Assembly (NCBI GenBank): GCA_041752695.1
Contig: JBGSVZ010000038.1
Location: forward strand, 64,001 to 128,000
Reading direction: 5' to 3'
DNA from: Terrimicrobiaceae bacterium
Lineage (GTDB): Bacteria > Verrucomicrobiota > Verrucomicrobiia > Chthoniobacterales > Terrimicrobiaceae
DNA length: 64,000 bases
Below the pieces are notes generated by a model. It searched no databases. It had not been told where the DNA came from and was given only the letters and a program-made list of their open reading frames with translations. Positions 1-9,431 of the stretch are shown piece by piece. The position numbers and the translations under genes were made by a program. The number at the start of each line of letters is the position of its first letter. Within the stretch, counting starts at the first letter, position 1.

Positions 1-2828
1 GCTTCCGGGAGAATCTGCAATTCACTGCGGCTGAGTTTTTCCGCCGCAAGGTGGGCGCCGGAAACATCCTTGAAGCGGTCTTCCTCCCCCCAGACGATCA
101 GGGTGGGGCAGGTGATCTGATCGAGGTACTTGTCCAGCAGGAGATCGTCTTTTTTCACGATGTCATAGACGGCGATGTGCGCGTCGTAACAGGCAATTTC
201 GTCGCGTCCAATTTCGTCGAGCCGATCTTGCAAAACCCTTGGTTTCACCCGGAAGAGGAAGTCGATTTTCTGGTGAAACTCCTCCAGGGTTTTCGGCACG
301 GAAATATTCACGCCGGCGGCCGCCAGTTTTTCCACCTCACTGACCTTCGGGCAGGTGATGGACGGAGGTCCGAGGAAGGCCAGTGACAAGGCTTTTTGCG
401 GAAATTTTGCCGCGTAGATTCCGGCCAGGGAAGCGCCCATGGAATTCCCCGCGATGTGGAAGTGTTCCCGCTCGAGACGGACAAAGAACGCATCCAACAG
501 CTCGATCACTTTGTCGAAGCGGTAGGAGGAAACCGGGTAGCCCGTGCTTCGGCCGAACCCCGGAAGGTCCGGGATGATCACCTCGTAGAAAGGGGCCAGG
601 TAGGCGGCAAATTCGTAACAATGTTCCTTTTTGCCAAACAAGCCGTGCAGTAAGACGACGGTCGGACCGTGACCGATTCGGGCGTAATGGATATCTCCGT
701 CGCCGACCGGACACTTTTCTTCGACAAACCTTTCCACCGGTTGACCCTCGGTCAGGTCAATCGAGCGGACATCGCAGTTGTCGCTGATATACGCGGCAAT
801 TTTTCGCGGCGTTTTCAGGTCGGAAATCGTGTCGAGAGTGCAGGCCACCGGGAACGCGCGGGCAATTTTTGAACTCAACAACGTTGCGGCGAGGGAGAAG
901 CCGCCCAGATCAAAAAAGCTCTCCTCGGCGCTGGCCTGATCGAGGTTGAGAATGTCCGAAAACAACTGGCAGATCTTCGCCTCGACGGGATTGGCCGGGG
1001 CGACAAACTCCCGGCCGTCGGTGCCGGTCCGCCGGTTGTGCTGTTTCACCCTCTGGAGGATCTTGGGCGGTGTATTCAAGTCCGAGGCGATTTCCAGCAG
1101 CGCGGAGCGAACCTTCCCGGTGTCCGGCTCAACCTTGCTTTTCTTTTCTTCTTTCGGGCTTTTTTCTGCCGGGTTTTCAGCGTTGTCGCTGGGCGCGGCG
1201 TCCGCCTTGAACTCAAGCGCGGCCGCCTGGTCGGACGACAGGAGGTATCGCGTGGTCCCTTCCTTCTCGGTTTTGCGATCAACGGGGAGAGACTCCAGAA
1301 AGTTGGCGATCGGTTTGTTCCGCGGGGAGGGGATGAACTCGATTTGAACCCATTTCGCACCGTGTTCCCTGGCGCATTCCCCCATGTCCTGGACCATGCG
1401 AAACTCCACCCCGCGGCTCATTGCGCGACAGCTCATTAGGAAGGCATGAATGATCAGGGTGTCTTCGACGTAGGCACCCGTCACGAGACCCACGATTCCG
1501 TAGTCTCCGAAACGATCACTGACCGTCGTGTGCCGGCAGAACCCTGACTCATCTTTCACGAGTGCTACGAGATCCGCCTCCGTGTACCTCTGGGCGGTGC
1601 TATTGAACTGATTCGTACGCTGGGACAGTTGCGCCAGTCGCGCAATCATGGTTTCGGCCGGATTCTCGATCTCGATCTTTAAATCCAGCGAAGCGATGTA
1701 CTCCTGCAAGGAGCTGGCCTGGGAATGCTGCTGCTCCCGCTTGGCGTTCTCCTTGTAAAACGCATTGCGTTCCTTGTCCTCGGCCGTCACCCGCGCGCGG
1801 TCGAAGACCCACAGATGCCGGATAAACTGCGGGATGCTGGTGATGTCCGCCGGGAGGCAGATACTGAAGACCTCCGGGCAATGGAGTTCAATCTCGTTGC
1901 ACTCGGCGGCTGAGTCGTCAAGGAAGACAAAGCTGTCCAAACCCAGATTTAACTCCTTTCCGAGCGATCGGAGGTTGGCGTGTTTGGGTTCCCAGTTGAC
2001 GCGGTGGGTCGCCACGTCGTCCCAGGAAAGAACCATCCCGTCATTCTGGCTGAAGACCTCTTCGACCGTGCTCAGTTCATTTTTGCTGCACAGACAAAGA
2101 ACCATTCCCTCGTCCTTCTTGGCCGCAAAAAAGCTCTGCAAGAAACGGGCGGGTTCGTCCACCGTGACGTGATGGCCGACCTCGCCGGCGATGCCCCGCC
2201 ACAGGGTTTCGTCGCAATCGGTGGCGATCACTTTGAAGGGTTTCGAGGTGATCGCGAAAATCTTGCGCGCCAGCATGGCGCCGAGCGCGGCAAAATATTC
2301 CTCCGTGTAGGGGATGTGGCCGGCTTTGTCGGTTTGCGGATCGTAGTAATCCTCCACCGGATAAAGCGCGTCGATCTCTCCGGACTTAATGAAAAAGACA
2401 TTTTTGACGTCGCGGAGTTTCGCGCTGAAAAGATTCTCGAATTCCTCATGCAGCCGAAGGTCCGCCGGGCAGTTGCGCACGGCAGGAGACGGTGCCGCGA
2501 CGGCCACCAGAAACGGCACCGGATGCGGAATACTGGCCAGGCCCTGCAGAAGGTCGTTGGCGTTTTTCTCCAACACCTCGCGCGCCTCGGAGAACGCGAG
2601 GTGGCCTTTTTGATAATGAAGCCAGTCTTCGAACCTCAGGAGGAGGATGTTGACACCATCCCGGTTGGTGCGAAGCAGGCTGCCAGGGTTAAGCAGTTCC
2701 TGAAAAATCTGATTATAGGCCGCGAATGCGATCTCCGCATCATACCCGATTTTTTCGAGGAGGTATTTCAGGGACGGCTCGATGACTTCGACCGTGAACG
2801 AGGACGAGATTGCGACGGCTTTCTTCAT
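1..2828 (-). CDS. FkbH-like HAD-IIIC protein fused to a carrier (ACP/PCP) domain and an alpha/beta-hydrolase domain; 3' end is outside the window
   Basis: Hand translation from the ATG at 2828 (MKKAVAISSSFTVEVIEPSL...) stays open to base 1. It contains the HAD motif VIATDCDETLW, CSKN, NWEPK, FVFLDDS, RTNQFN, DRFGDYG and MSCR (all FkbH hallmarks), then the carrier motif FFDLGGFSL, then VLLHG, DLPGFG, GNSMG and PTLIVWGEED. Absent from the ORF track because there is no stop in the window. Confidence 0.9.
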   Translation of the reverse strand, partial: MKKAVAISSSFTVEVIEPSLKYLLEKIGYDAEIAFAAYNQIFQELLNPGSLLRTNRDGVNILLLRFEDWLHYQKGHLAFSEAREVLEKNANDLLQGLASIPHPVPFLVAVAAPSPAVRNCPADLRLHEEFENLFSAKLRDVKNVFFIKSGEIDALYPVEDYYDPQTDKAGHIPYTEEYFAALGAMLARKIFAITSKPFKVIATDCDETLWRGIAGEVGHHVTVDEPARFLQSFFAAKKDEGMVLCLCSKNELSTVEEVFSQNDGMVLSWDDVATHRVNWEPKHANLRSLGKELNLGLDSFVFLDDSAAECNEIELHCPEVFSICLPADITSIPQFIRHLWVFDRARVTAEDKERNAFYKENAKREQQHSQASSLQEYIASLDLKIEIENPAETMIARLAQLSQRTNQFNSTAQRYTEADLVALVKDESGFCRHTTVSDRFGDYGIVGLVTGAYVEDTLIIHAFLMSCRAMSRGVEFRMVQDMGECAREHGAKWVQIEFIPSPRNKPIANFLESLPVDRKTEKEGTTRYLLSSDQAAALEFKADAAPSDNAENPAEKSPKEEKKSKVEPDTGKVRSALLEIASDLNTPPKILQRVKQHNRRTGTDGREFVAPANPVEAKICQLFSDILNLDQASAEESFFDLGGFSLAATLLSSKIARAFPVACTLDTISDLKTPRKIAAYISDNCDVRSIDLTEGQPVERFVEEKCPVGDGDIHYARIGHGPTVVLLHGLFGKKEHCYEFAAYLAPFYEVIIPDLPGFGRSTGYPVSSYRFDKVIELLDAFFVRLEREHFHIAGNSMGASLAGIYAAKFPQKALSLAFLGPPSITCPKVSEVEKLAAAGVNISVPKTLEEFHQKIDFLFRVKPRVLQDRLDEIGRDEIACYDAHIAVYDIVKKDDLLLDKYLDQITCPTLIVWGEEDRFKDVSGAHLAAEKLSRSELQILPE

Positions 2829-2956
2829 GTTGCAAGACGGACGACTCCGGTTGCGCAGCTCTACCCCGCCGCCTGGCGCGTTTCAATGCAAAACGCCGCC
2901 GGGGTTTCATGGTTTTTCCTCGCAAAAATTCGCGATCGCGGCACTCTTGCCAGCCC

Positions 2957-3868
2957 ATGTCTGTCTTAATTGTTGGCTCTATCGCGCTGGATGACATCAA
3001 AACCCCCATCGAGGAGCACCAAAACCTTCTGGGAGGATCCGCCTCCTATGGTGCCGTTGCGGCGAGTTTTTTCAGTCCGGTCAATCTTGTAGGAATTGTC
3101 GGAACCGACTTCCCCAAGGAACATATGGAGTTGTTTCAATCCAAACAAATCGACCTTTCGGGACTACAAGTCGTGGAAGGGCAAACGTTTCGCTGGTCGG
3201 GCGAATACATGTGGGATCTGAACACCCGGGAAACGCGGTCCATTGCCCTAAACGTTTTCGAGCATTTCAGCCCCGTGCTGCCGGAAAATTACAAGGACAC
3301 TCCGATTGTCCTGCTCGCGAATATCGCGCCCGAACTTCAGCATCATGTGCTCGATCAGGTGAGGCTGCCGCGGTTTGTCATCGCAGACACGATGGATCTC
3401 TGGATCAACATCGCCAAGGACCGTCTGGTCGAGCTTCTCGCCCGCGTGCACATGCTCATTTTGAATGACGGTGAAGCCCGCCAATTGACGGGTGAAACAA
3501 GCCTGATTCGGGCGGGGAATATGCTTCGGGGGATGGGCCCTGAATATGTCGCCGTCAAGAAAGGTGAGCACGGTTGCCTGCTTTTTGGACCGGACGGTCA
3601 GTTTTTCAGTTGTCCAGCCTACCCTTTGGAAGACATTCATGATCCGACCGGGGCCGGTGACACATTTGCAGGTGGCCTCGCCGGGTACCTTGCCAAAGCC
3701 GACGGGGGTGAAGTGACCTTTGATGCGCTGCGCAAAGCCGTCGTCTATGGCAGCGCGCTTGCCAGTTACAACGTGGAAGCTTTCAGCCTGGAGCGTTTGA
3801 AAACCGTCACCCTCCCTTTGATCGAGGAACGTTACGAGACGTTCCGCCGCATGAGCCGCATCGCCTAG
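2957..3868 (+). CDS. PfkB-family carbohydrate/nucleoside kinase
   Basis: Starts MSVLIVGSIALD; has GGSASY and the PfkB signature DPTGAGDTFAGG. Start trimmed to the ATG at 2957. Confidence 0.92.
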   Translation: MSVLIVGSIALDDIKTPIEEHQNLLGGSASYGAVAASFFSPVNLVGIVGTDFPKEHMELFQSKQIDLSGLQVVEGQTFRWSGEYMWDLNTRETRSIALNVFEHFSPVLPENYKDTPIVLLANIAPELQHHVLDQVRLPRFVIADTMDLWINIAKDRLVELLARVHMLILNDGEARQLTGETSLIRAGNMLRGMGPEYVAVKKGEHGCLLFGPDGQFFSCPAYPLEDIHDPTGAGDTFAGGLAGYLAKADGGEVTFDALRKAVVYGSALASYNVEAFSLERLKTVTLPLIEERYETFRRMSRIA

Positions 3869-3878
3869 GGGTACCCGC

Positions 3879-4430
3879 TTAATTTGTCTGCGGGGTCGCG
3901 GCTGGGTTTGTTCCCGGAGTCGCCTCAGGCGTCGCCGTGGGTGTGACTGTAGGGATGGGAGGTGCCGTGGGGCTCGGTGTCATCCCGGGCGTTGGCCCAG
4001 CGTTGATCTCAGGGTTTGTGGCGTTCCGACCGGGGGTGGGCATTCCGGAAGGGATCCCGGGAGCGGCGGGGCGGATCCCATCGGGACTGGCATCGGTGGA
4101 ACCGGGTCGCCCCGAATTTCCTCCGGATGCCGTGGAGCCCCCGGCGCTGCCGGATTGGGGATTTATCGTTCCCTGCTGGTTGGAAGTCCCTTGCTGATTC
4201 GAGGAGTTCTGTTGGTTGGAAGTGCCTTGCTGATTCGAGGTGTTCTGTTGGTTGGAGGTGCCTTGCTGGGTGGTGGTGTTTTGTTGGCCACCTGATCCCG
4301 AGGATGCTCCGGAGCCTCCGGGAGCCCCACTGCCAGCACCGGCAGCGGAGTTTCCGCTTTGTTGAGCAAATACAATGGCCGGAAGGAGGAACGCCGAGGC
4401 GACGAGGGAGTGAGAAAGGGTTCTTTTCAT
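3879..4430 (-). CDS. Secreted low-complexity Gly/Ser/Gln/Pro/Thr-rich protein
   Basis: Signal-peptide-like N-terminus ([22 protein letters not shown]), QQxTSN repeats and a Pro/Thr-rich tail. Confidence 0.7.
   Translation of the reverse strand: MKRTLSHSLVASAFLLPAIVFAQQSGNSAAGAGSGAPGGSGASSGSGGQQNTTTQQGTSNQQNTSNQQGTSNQQNSSNQQGTSNQQGTINPQSGSAGGSTASGGNSGRPGSTDASPDGIRPAAPGIPSGMPTPGRNATNPEINAGPTPGMTPSPTAPPIPTVTPTATPEATPGTNPAATPQTN
4162..4287 (-). repeat. Intragenic tandem repeat, 18-bp unit with 36-bp higher-order alternation
   Basis: About seven units encoding QQ(G/N)(T/S)SN, alternating QQGTSN and QQN(T/S)SN. Confidence 0.85.
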
Positions 4431-4518
4431 ACCCTCACATCGAAACAAGTGCTCTGTCCGGCCCTCAGGATGGGCTCTCGTCCTCGTATCAGGCGACCCC
4501 GAGCTGCATGATCACCGT

Positions 4519-4896
4519 TCAAAGGTTCCGGCAGATGGTTTCAAGTTTTGCGAAGTCTACCGGCTTGAGGAGCCAGGCGTCGAATCCCGCAGCCTCAGCC
4601 CGATCCTGGAGGTCCGAGGCATCCCATCCTGTAACGGCGACAAGGTGGGTTTTGGCTCCCCAAGGTTGGGCCCGGATCACCCCGCATGTGTCGTATCCGT
4701 CCAATTTCGGCATGCTGATATCGAGCAACAAAAGGTCGGGTTGAAAGCTCGTGGCCTTGCGCAAGCCTTCAATGCCGTCAAAGGCGACCTCTGTGTCGTA
4801 GCCGAAGGTTCGCAGCATCAGTTCCAAGCCACGGGCCGCGTCTTCGTTGTCGTCGACCACCAAGGCTTTCCGGCGGGGGAGGGATGTTTCTGTCAT
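4519..4896 (-). CDS. Single-domain response regulator (receiver)
   Basis: [20 protein letters not shown] and KP receiver motifs. Confidence 0.9.
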   Translation of the reverse strand: MTETSLPRRKALVVDDNEDAARGLELMLRTFGYDTEVAFDGIEGLRKATSFQPDLLLLDISMPKLDGYDTCGVIRAQPWGAKTHLVAVTGWDASDLQDRAEAAGFDAWLLKPVDFAKLETICRNL

Positions 4897-5016
4897 AGGG
4901 TTGGTCTCGGGGACTCCACTTTTACGGATTTCGCCGGGACAGCGGATGGGTGGAAAATTCACCCATCCGATTCTCCGGTTGGTTCCGATATCTCCGTGAA
5001 ACTTCGAAAGGATATC

Positions 5017-5181
5017 ATGCTACATTACACCATCGTTTTTCTTGTCGTTGCGATCATCGCCGGACTTCTCGGCTTTGTGGGCATCGCGGGTCTGGCCGCC
5101 GAAATTGCCAAGGTTCTGTTTTTTGTCTTTCTCGTGCTGTTCATCGTTTCGCTCATCAAGGGGCGCCGTCCTTCGGCCTAG
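5017..5181 (+). CDS. DUF1328/UPF0391 small membrane protein
   Basis: [47 protein letters not shown] matches the family pattern. Confidence 0.9.
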   Translation: MLHYTIVFLVVAIIAGLLGFVGIAGLAAEIAKVLFFVFLVLFIVSLIKGRRPSA

Positions 5182-5208
5182 ACCGAAACAAAAAAGCCCG
5201 TTCCGCCA

Positions 5209-5230
5209 GCGCCGGACCTAGGTCCGGCGC
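5209..5230. repeat. Perfect 22-bp palindrome
   Basis: GCGCCGGACCT|AGGTCCGGCGC, intergenic. Confidence 0.85.
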
Positions 5231-5248
5231 CGGGAGATCCGCACGCTG

Positions 5249-6295
5249 ATGAAAATCTTTCACTGCACCTCGTGTGATGCCCTCGTCTATTTCGAGAATT
5301 CGCAATGCGTAAGTTGCCAGAGCGTTCTGGCTTACCTGCCTGACCTGGGAGTAATGGGTGCTCTCCGGGCCGGATCGGATGGCAACTGGACGGAGGCCAG
5401 GAACGGCCGGTCTTTTCGGCTCTGTGCCAACTACAGAACTGAAAATGTCTGCAATTGGGCACTGCCCACCGAGGAACCTGCCGAGTATTGCCTCTCCTGC
5501 CGGTTGAATCGAACTATTCCCGACCTTTCCCTTCCCGCCAACCGTGAGGCTTGGGCGCGGGTGGAGTTAGCCAAACGCCGCATGGTTTACGGCCTGCTGG
5601 CGATGGGGCTTCCCGTCGTGCCGAAAACCATCGACCTCGAGCGTGGCGTGACTTTTGAGTTTCTGAGCGACGACCCACTTTCGGGGACCTCGGTCCTGAC
5701 CGGCCACGATGAGGGTGTGATTGTGCTGAATGTCGTCGAGGCGGACGATGCCGAGCGGGAAAAACGCCGCCATGATCTGGGAGAGCCCTATCGGACCCTG
5801 GTCGGCCACTTTCGCCACGAGATTGGTCACTACTACTGGGACCGGCTCATCAGGGACAGCCCCCGCCTTCCCGCCTTTCGGAATCTTTTTGGTGACGAGA
5901 CATTTGGCTACGAGGAGGCGTTGAAAATCCATTACGCCCAAGGCGCGCCTCCCGATTGGCAGACGCGGTTTATCAGTTCCTATGCCAGCATGCATCCCTG
6001 GGAGGATTGGGCGGAAACCTGGGCGCATTACATGCACATGACCGATACGCTGGAAACCGCTGCCGCCTGTGGCCTTTCTCTCGTCCCAAACCGGCCGGAC
6101 GAACCGAGCCTTCAAGCGTCCGAGGACCATCCGACTTTTGGGGCCATGATCGCGAACTGGTTTCCGCTCACCCACGTTCTTAACAATCTCAATCGTGGAC
6201 TGGGCCTGGCGGACGGCTACCCGTTTGTCCTGTCGGCTCCGGCGATCGAAAAGCTGGGCTTCGTCCACGACACAATCCTCGAATCGCGCAGTTAG
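5249..6295 (+). CDS. Zinc-ribbon plus putative zinc metallopeptidase (DUF2248-like)
   Basis: N-terminal CxxC...FEN..CxxC; EPYRTLVGHFRHEIGHYYW; YASMHPWEDWAETWAHY. Confidence 0.88.
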   Translation: MKIFHCTSCDALVYFENSQCVSCQSVLAYLPDLGVMGALRAGSDGNWTEARNGRSFRLCANYRTENVCNWALPTEEPAEYCLSCRLNRTIPDLSLPANREAWARVELAKRRMVYGLLAMGLPVVPKTIDLERGVTFEFLSDDPLSGTSVLTGHDEGVIVLNVVEADDAEREKRRHDLGEPYRTLVGHFRHEIGHYYWDRLIRDSPRLPAFRNLFGDETFGYEEALKIHYAQGAPPDWQTRFISSYASMHPWEDWAETWAHYMHMTDTLETAAACGLSLVPNRPDEPSLQASEDHPTFGAMIANWFPLTHVLNNLNRGLGLADGYPFVLSAPAIEKLGFVHDTILESRS

Positions 6296-6364
6296 TGGGT
6301 TCTCATGCGAGGCGCGCAACAATTTTGCGCTTGCCCGTTCCCCAAAGAAAAATAGGTTCCCTGC

Positions 6365-6886
6365 ATGAGTCAAACCAACCCAATCGCCTACGATTCGAAG
6401 GTCGAGGGGAATGTCATTTTCACCCGGGTCGATGCCGCGATTAACTGGATGCGCGGCAATTCCCTTTGGCCGATGCCGATGGGCCTGGCCTGTTGCGCCA
6501 TCGAGCTTATGGCGGCTTCGTCGTCGCGTTACGATATTTCGCGGTTCGGCGCGGAGGTCATGCGGTTTTCCCCGCGCCAGAGTGATGTCATGATCGTCGC
6601 CGGCACGGTCACCTACAAAATGGCCTACGCGGTGAAGCGGATCTGGGACCAGATGCCTGAGCCCAAATGGTGCATCGCCATGGGGGCATGCGCTTCCAGT
6701 GGGGGCATGTATCGCAGCTACGCCGTGTTGCAGGGCATCGATAATTTGATTCCGGTGGACGTGTATATTTCCGGATGCCCGCCGCGTCCGGAAGCTTTGT
6801 TGGACGGTTTGATGAGATTGCAGCACAAGATCATGGGCGAGCATGCCGTGGAGGATCAGAAACGCGCTTTGGCCGAGACCCTATGA
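6365..6886 (+). CDS. nuoB: NADH-quinone oxidoreductase subunit B
   Basis: [23 protein letters not shown] and GCPPRPE motifs. Confidence 0.97.
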   Translation: MSQTNPIAYDSKVEGNVIFTRVDAAINWMRGNSLWPMPMGLACCAIELMAASSSRYDISRFGAEVMRFSPRQSDVMIVAGTVTYKMAYAVKRIWDQMPEPKWCIAMGACASSGGMYRSYAVLQGIDNLIPVDVYISGCPPRPEALLDGLMRLQHKIMGEHAVEDQKRALAETL

Positions 6887-7494
6887 CCGCCAACGATATT
6901 GTCAGCCGGCTGAGGGAAAAGTTTGCCAACGACATTCTGGCGGAAAATGATTTCCGCGGGGAAAAGTCGCTTTCGCTCAAGATGGAAAGCCTGGTGGATG
7001 TCTGCCGGTGCTGCCGCGACGAGCTGGGGTTCGACTACCTCGTGGACATTACGAGTCTGGATCATTTTGGCGAATACCCGCGCTACGAAATGGTTTATGA
7101 ACTGTATTCGATGGCGAGCGGGGTGCATCTGCGCCTGAAGGCCTTGGTGGCCGATGAGGCCCGCCCGTCCGTTCCGTCGGTGTCCTCGCTTTGGCCCACC
7201 GCCGACTGGCACGAGCGCGAGGCCTATGACATGATGGGAATCACCTTCGAGGGACATCCGGATCTGCGCCGCATTTTGATGTGGGACGGTTATCCCTTCT
7301 ATCCCCTGCGCAAAGATTTTCCGTTGCAGGGCAAGCCCAGCGACGTTCCGGACGTGGCCTTCACCCAGCCGGCCCCGCTGGCGGGCGGGCCGTTTGTCAC
7401 CATTCCGACCGACGGCACCACCCAGGTGCGCGAGCCGCGCGCCCGTCGCGCCGGGGACGAGCCGCTTCACGATAAATTCATCGCCGAACCTTGA
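6883..7494 (+). CDS. nuoC: NADH-quinone oxidoreductase subunit C
   Basis: [26 protein letters not shown] and PLRKDFP; ATGA overlap with nuoB. Confidence 0.95.
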   Translation: MTANDIVSRLREKFANDILAENDFRGEKSLSLKMESLVDVCRCCRDELGFDYLVDITSLDHFGEYPRYEMVYELYSMASGVHLRLKALVADEARPSVPSVSSLWPTADWHEREAYDMMGITFEGHPDLRRILMWDGYPFYPLRKDFPLQGKPSDVPDVAFTQPAPLAGGPFVTIPTDGTTQVREPRARRAGDEPLHDKFIAEP

Positions 7495-8564
7495 TCGCCG
7501 ACGACCAGGGTCTCTCGCAGCTCATCGAGCGCCTGGCCCCGTTTCCGCAAATCGCCGTCGATACGGAGGCGGACAGCCTGCATAGCTACTTTGAAAAATT
7601 GTGCCTCGTGCAGATCAGCACGCCCGAGGAGGACTTTCTTGTGGACCCGCTGGCTGGCATTTCGTTGGTGCCGCTCTACGAGGCCCTCGCCGGCAAGCGG
7701 GTGGTTTTTCACGGCGCGGACTACGATCTGAGATTGTTGCACCGGGGAGGGGACTTTTCCGCCAAAGATCTCTTCGACACCATGATCGCCTCGCGCCTGT
7801 GCGGGTATCTGGAGCTTGGTCTGGCGGCGTTAGTGGCGAAATATTTCGACGTCAAACTTTCCAAAGCCTCGCAGAAAGCTAACTGGGGCATGCGTCCGCT
7901 CTCCAAGCAGATGGTGGAATACGCCATGTGCGACACGAAATACCTCATCCCGCTCGCCGCCATCATTGAAGCGGACTTGCATCGTCTGGGACGCTGGGAT
8001 TGGTTCGCGGAATCCCGCGACCGCATGCTGGCCTCCGCGCGGGAACCGCGGGAACGCGACGAAACCAAGGCCTGGAGGATCCCGGGTAGTGCTGCGCTCA
8101 GTCCCCGGGCGCAGTCCGTGCTGCGTGTTCTATGGTATTGGCGCGATGGGGAGGCCCGCGCCTGGGACCGTCCGCCGTTTCATGTCATGAGCAACGACGA
8201 TCTCGTCCGCATCTCCGAGAAAACTGTACGGGGTGAGGCGTATTCGACGCCGCGAATGAGTGGACGCCGCCGCAAAAGTTTCGAGGTGGTGTTGGCCCTC
8301 GCCCTGCACATTCCGGAGAACGAATGGCCCGTCCAACCAAAAATCCGCCGCAAACGTCCCACGCGGGAGGAGACTGAGCGATTTGACCAGTTAAAATCCG
8401 TTCGCGACAAGGCCGCGGCTGAACTCGGGCTGGATCCCTCGATCATTGCCCCGCGCAATGCCTTGGAGGCGGCCTCGCTCGATCTTTCGACGCCCGCCTT
8501 GATGAACTGGCAAAAGGGCCTGCTCGGCCTGCCGATTGCGCCCAAAGCCGTCGATGCCCACTGA
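7491..8564 (+). CDS. rnd: Ribonuclease D family 3'-5' exonuclease with HRDC domain
   Basis: IAVDTEADS, LCLVQIS, FDTMIA, NWGMRPL and YAMCD DEDDy motifs; HRDC-like WRD.EAR..DRPP. Confidence 0.88.
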   Translation: MIADDQGLSQLIERLAPFPQIAVDTEADSLHSYFEKLCLVQISTPEEDFLVDPLAGISLVPLYEALAGKRVVFHGADYDLRLLHRGGDFSAKDLFDTMIASRLCGYLELGLAALVAKYFDVKLSKASQKANWGMRPLSKQMVEYAMCDTKYLIPLAAIIEADLHRLGRWDWFAESRDRMLASAREPRERDETKAWRIPGSAALSPRAQSVLRVLWYWRDGEARAWDRPPFHVMSNDDLVRISEKTVRGEAYSTPRMSGRRRKSFEVVLALALHIPENEWPVQPKIRRKRPTREETERFDQLKSVRDKAAAELGLDPSIIAPRNALEAASLDLSTPALMNWQKGLLGLPIAPKAVDAH

Positions 8565-9390
8565 TCTGATCTCTCTGGCCCTGGCCGAGGATATTGGCGG
8601 CGGGGATGTGACCACGGAATTTTTCACTGATCCGAGCCGCCGGGCTGACGCCTCCATCGTGGCCCGGCAGCCGTGTATACTGGCGGGGGGGGCGGTGGCC
8701 GCGGAAGTTTTTCGCCGGGTGGATCCAGAATTGGACATTACCCTTCACCACACCGACGGGGCGGAGTTGGAGCGGGGTGGGGTGGCGATGACGGTCTCCG
8801 GGAAAGCCGCTTCCCTGCTCACGGCGGAACGGACTGCGCTCAATTTTCTGCAACGCCTCTCGGGCGTGGCGACGTCCACGCGTTTGTACGTTTCCGCCGT
8901 GGCGGGAACGGGCGCCCGGATCCTCGACACACGCAAAACGACTCCCGGCTGGCGCTTGCTGGAAAAAGCCGCCGTGGTCGCGGGCGGCGGGGTAAACCAT
9001 CGCATTGGCCTCTACGACATGGTGATGGTCAAAGACAACCATCTCGCCGCCGGAACAAGCCTGTCCGGTTTGCAGGACGCGATCCTTCGCACCCGTGCGG
9101 CCCGGCCGGGCCTTCGCATCGAACTCGAGGCCGACACCCTCGAGCAGGTGCGGGATTTTCTGACCCTCACCGGTGTGGACGTCATCCTGCTCGACAACAT
9201 GCCGCCCGCCGTCCTTCGCGAGGCGGTAGCCATGCGCAAGCCGGGGGTGGTTTTTGAGGCGAGTGGCGGCGTCACGCTGGAAACCATCCGCGCCATCGCC
9301 GAAACTGGCGTGGATTTTATCTCGGTGGGAGCCCTTACCCATTCCGCCGTCGCGGTGGACCTTGCCATGGATCTCACGGAGGCCCATTAG
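8554..9390 (+). CDS. nadC: Nicotinate-nucleotide pyrophosphorylase (carboxylating)
   Basis: ERTALNFLQ, DTRKTTPG, KDNH, LLDN, EASGG and ISVGALTHS. Confidence 0.97.
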   Translation: MPTDLISLALAEDIGGGDVTTEFFTDPSRRADASIVARQPCILAGGAVAAEVFRRVDPELDITLHHTDGAELERGGVAMTVSGKAASLLTAERTALNFLQRLSGVATSTRLYVSAVAGTGARILDTRKTTPGWRLLEKAAVVAGGGVNHRIGLYDMVMVKDNHLAAGTSLSGLQDAILRTRAARPGLRIELEADTLEQVRDFLTLTGVDVILLDNMPPAVLREAVAMRKPGVVFEASGGVTLETIRAIAETGVDFISVGALTHSAVAVDLAMDLTEAH

Positions 9391-9431
9391 GCTGCTGCTT
9401 TGCAAGCTGTGGATTTGTGGTAATCTGGCCC

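Noticed and set aside
51..2994. Many plus-strand ORFs in the track (e.g. 1980..2969)
   Set aside because: Antisense shadows of the FkbH fusion; no recognisable motifs.
4162..4287. Repeat array as CRISPR
   Set aside because: In-frame coding tandem repeat with no unique spacers; no cas genes or CRISPR array seen in the window.
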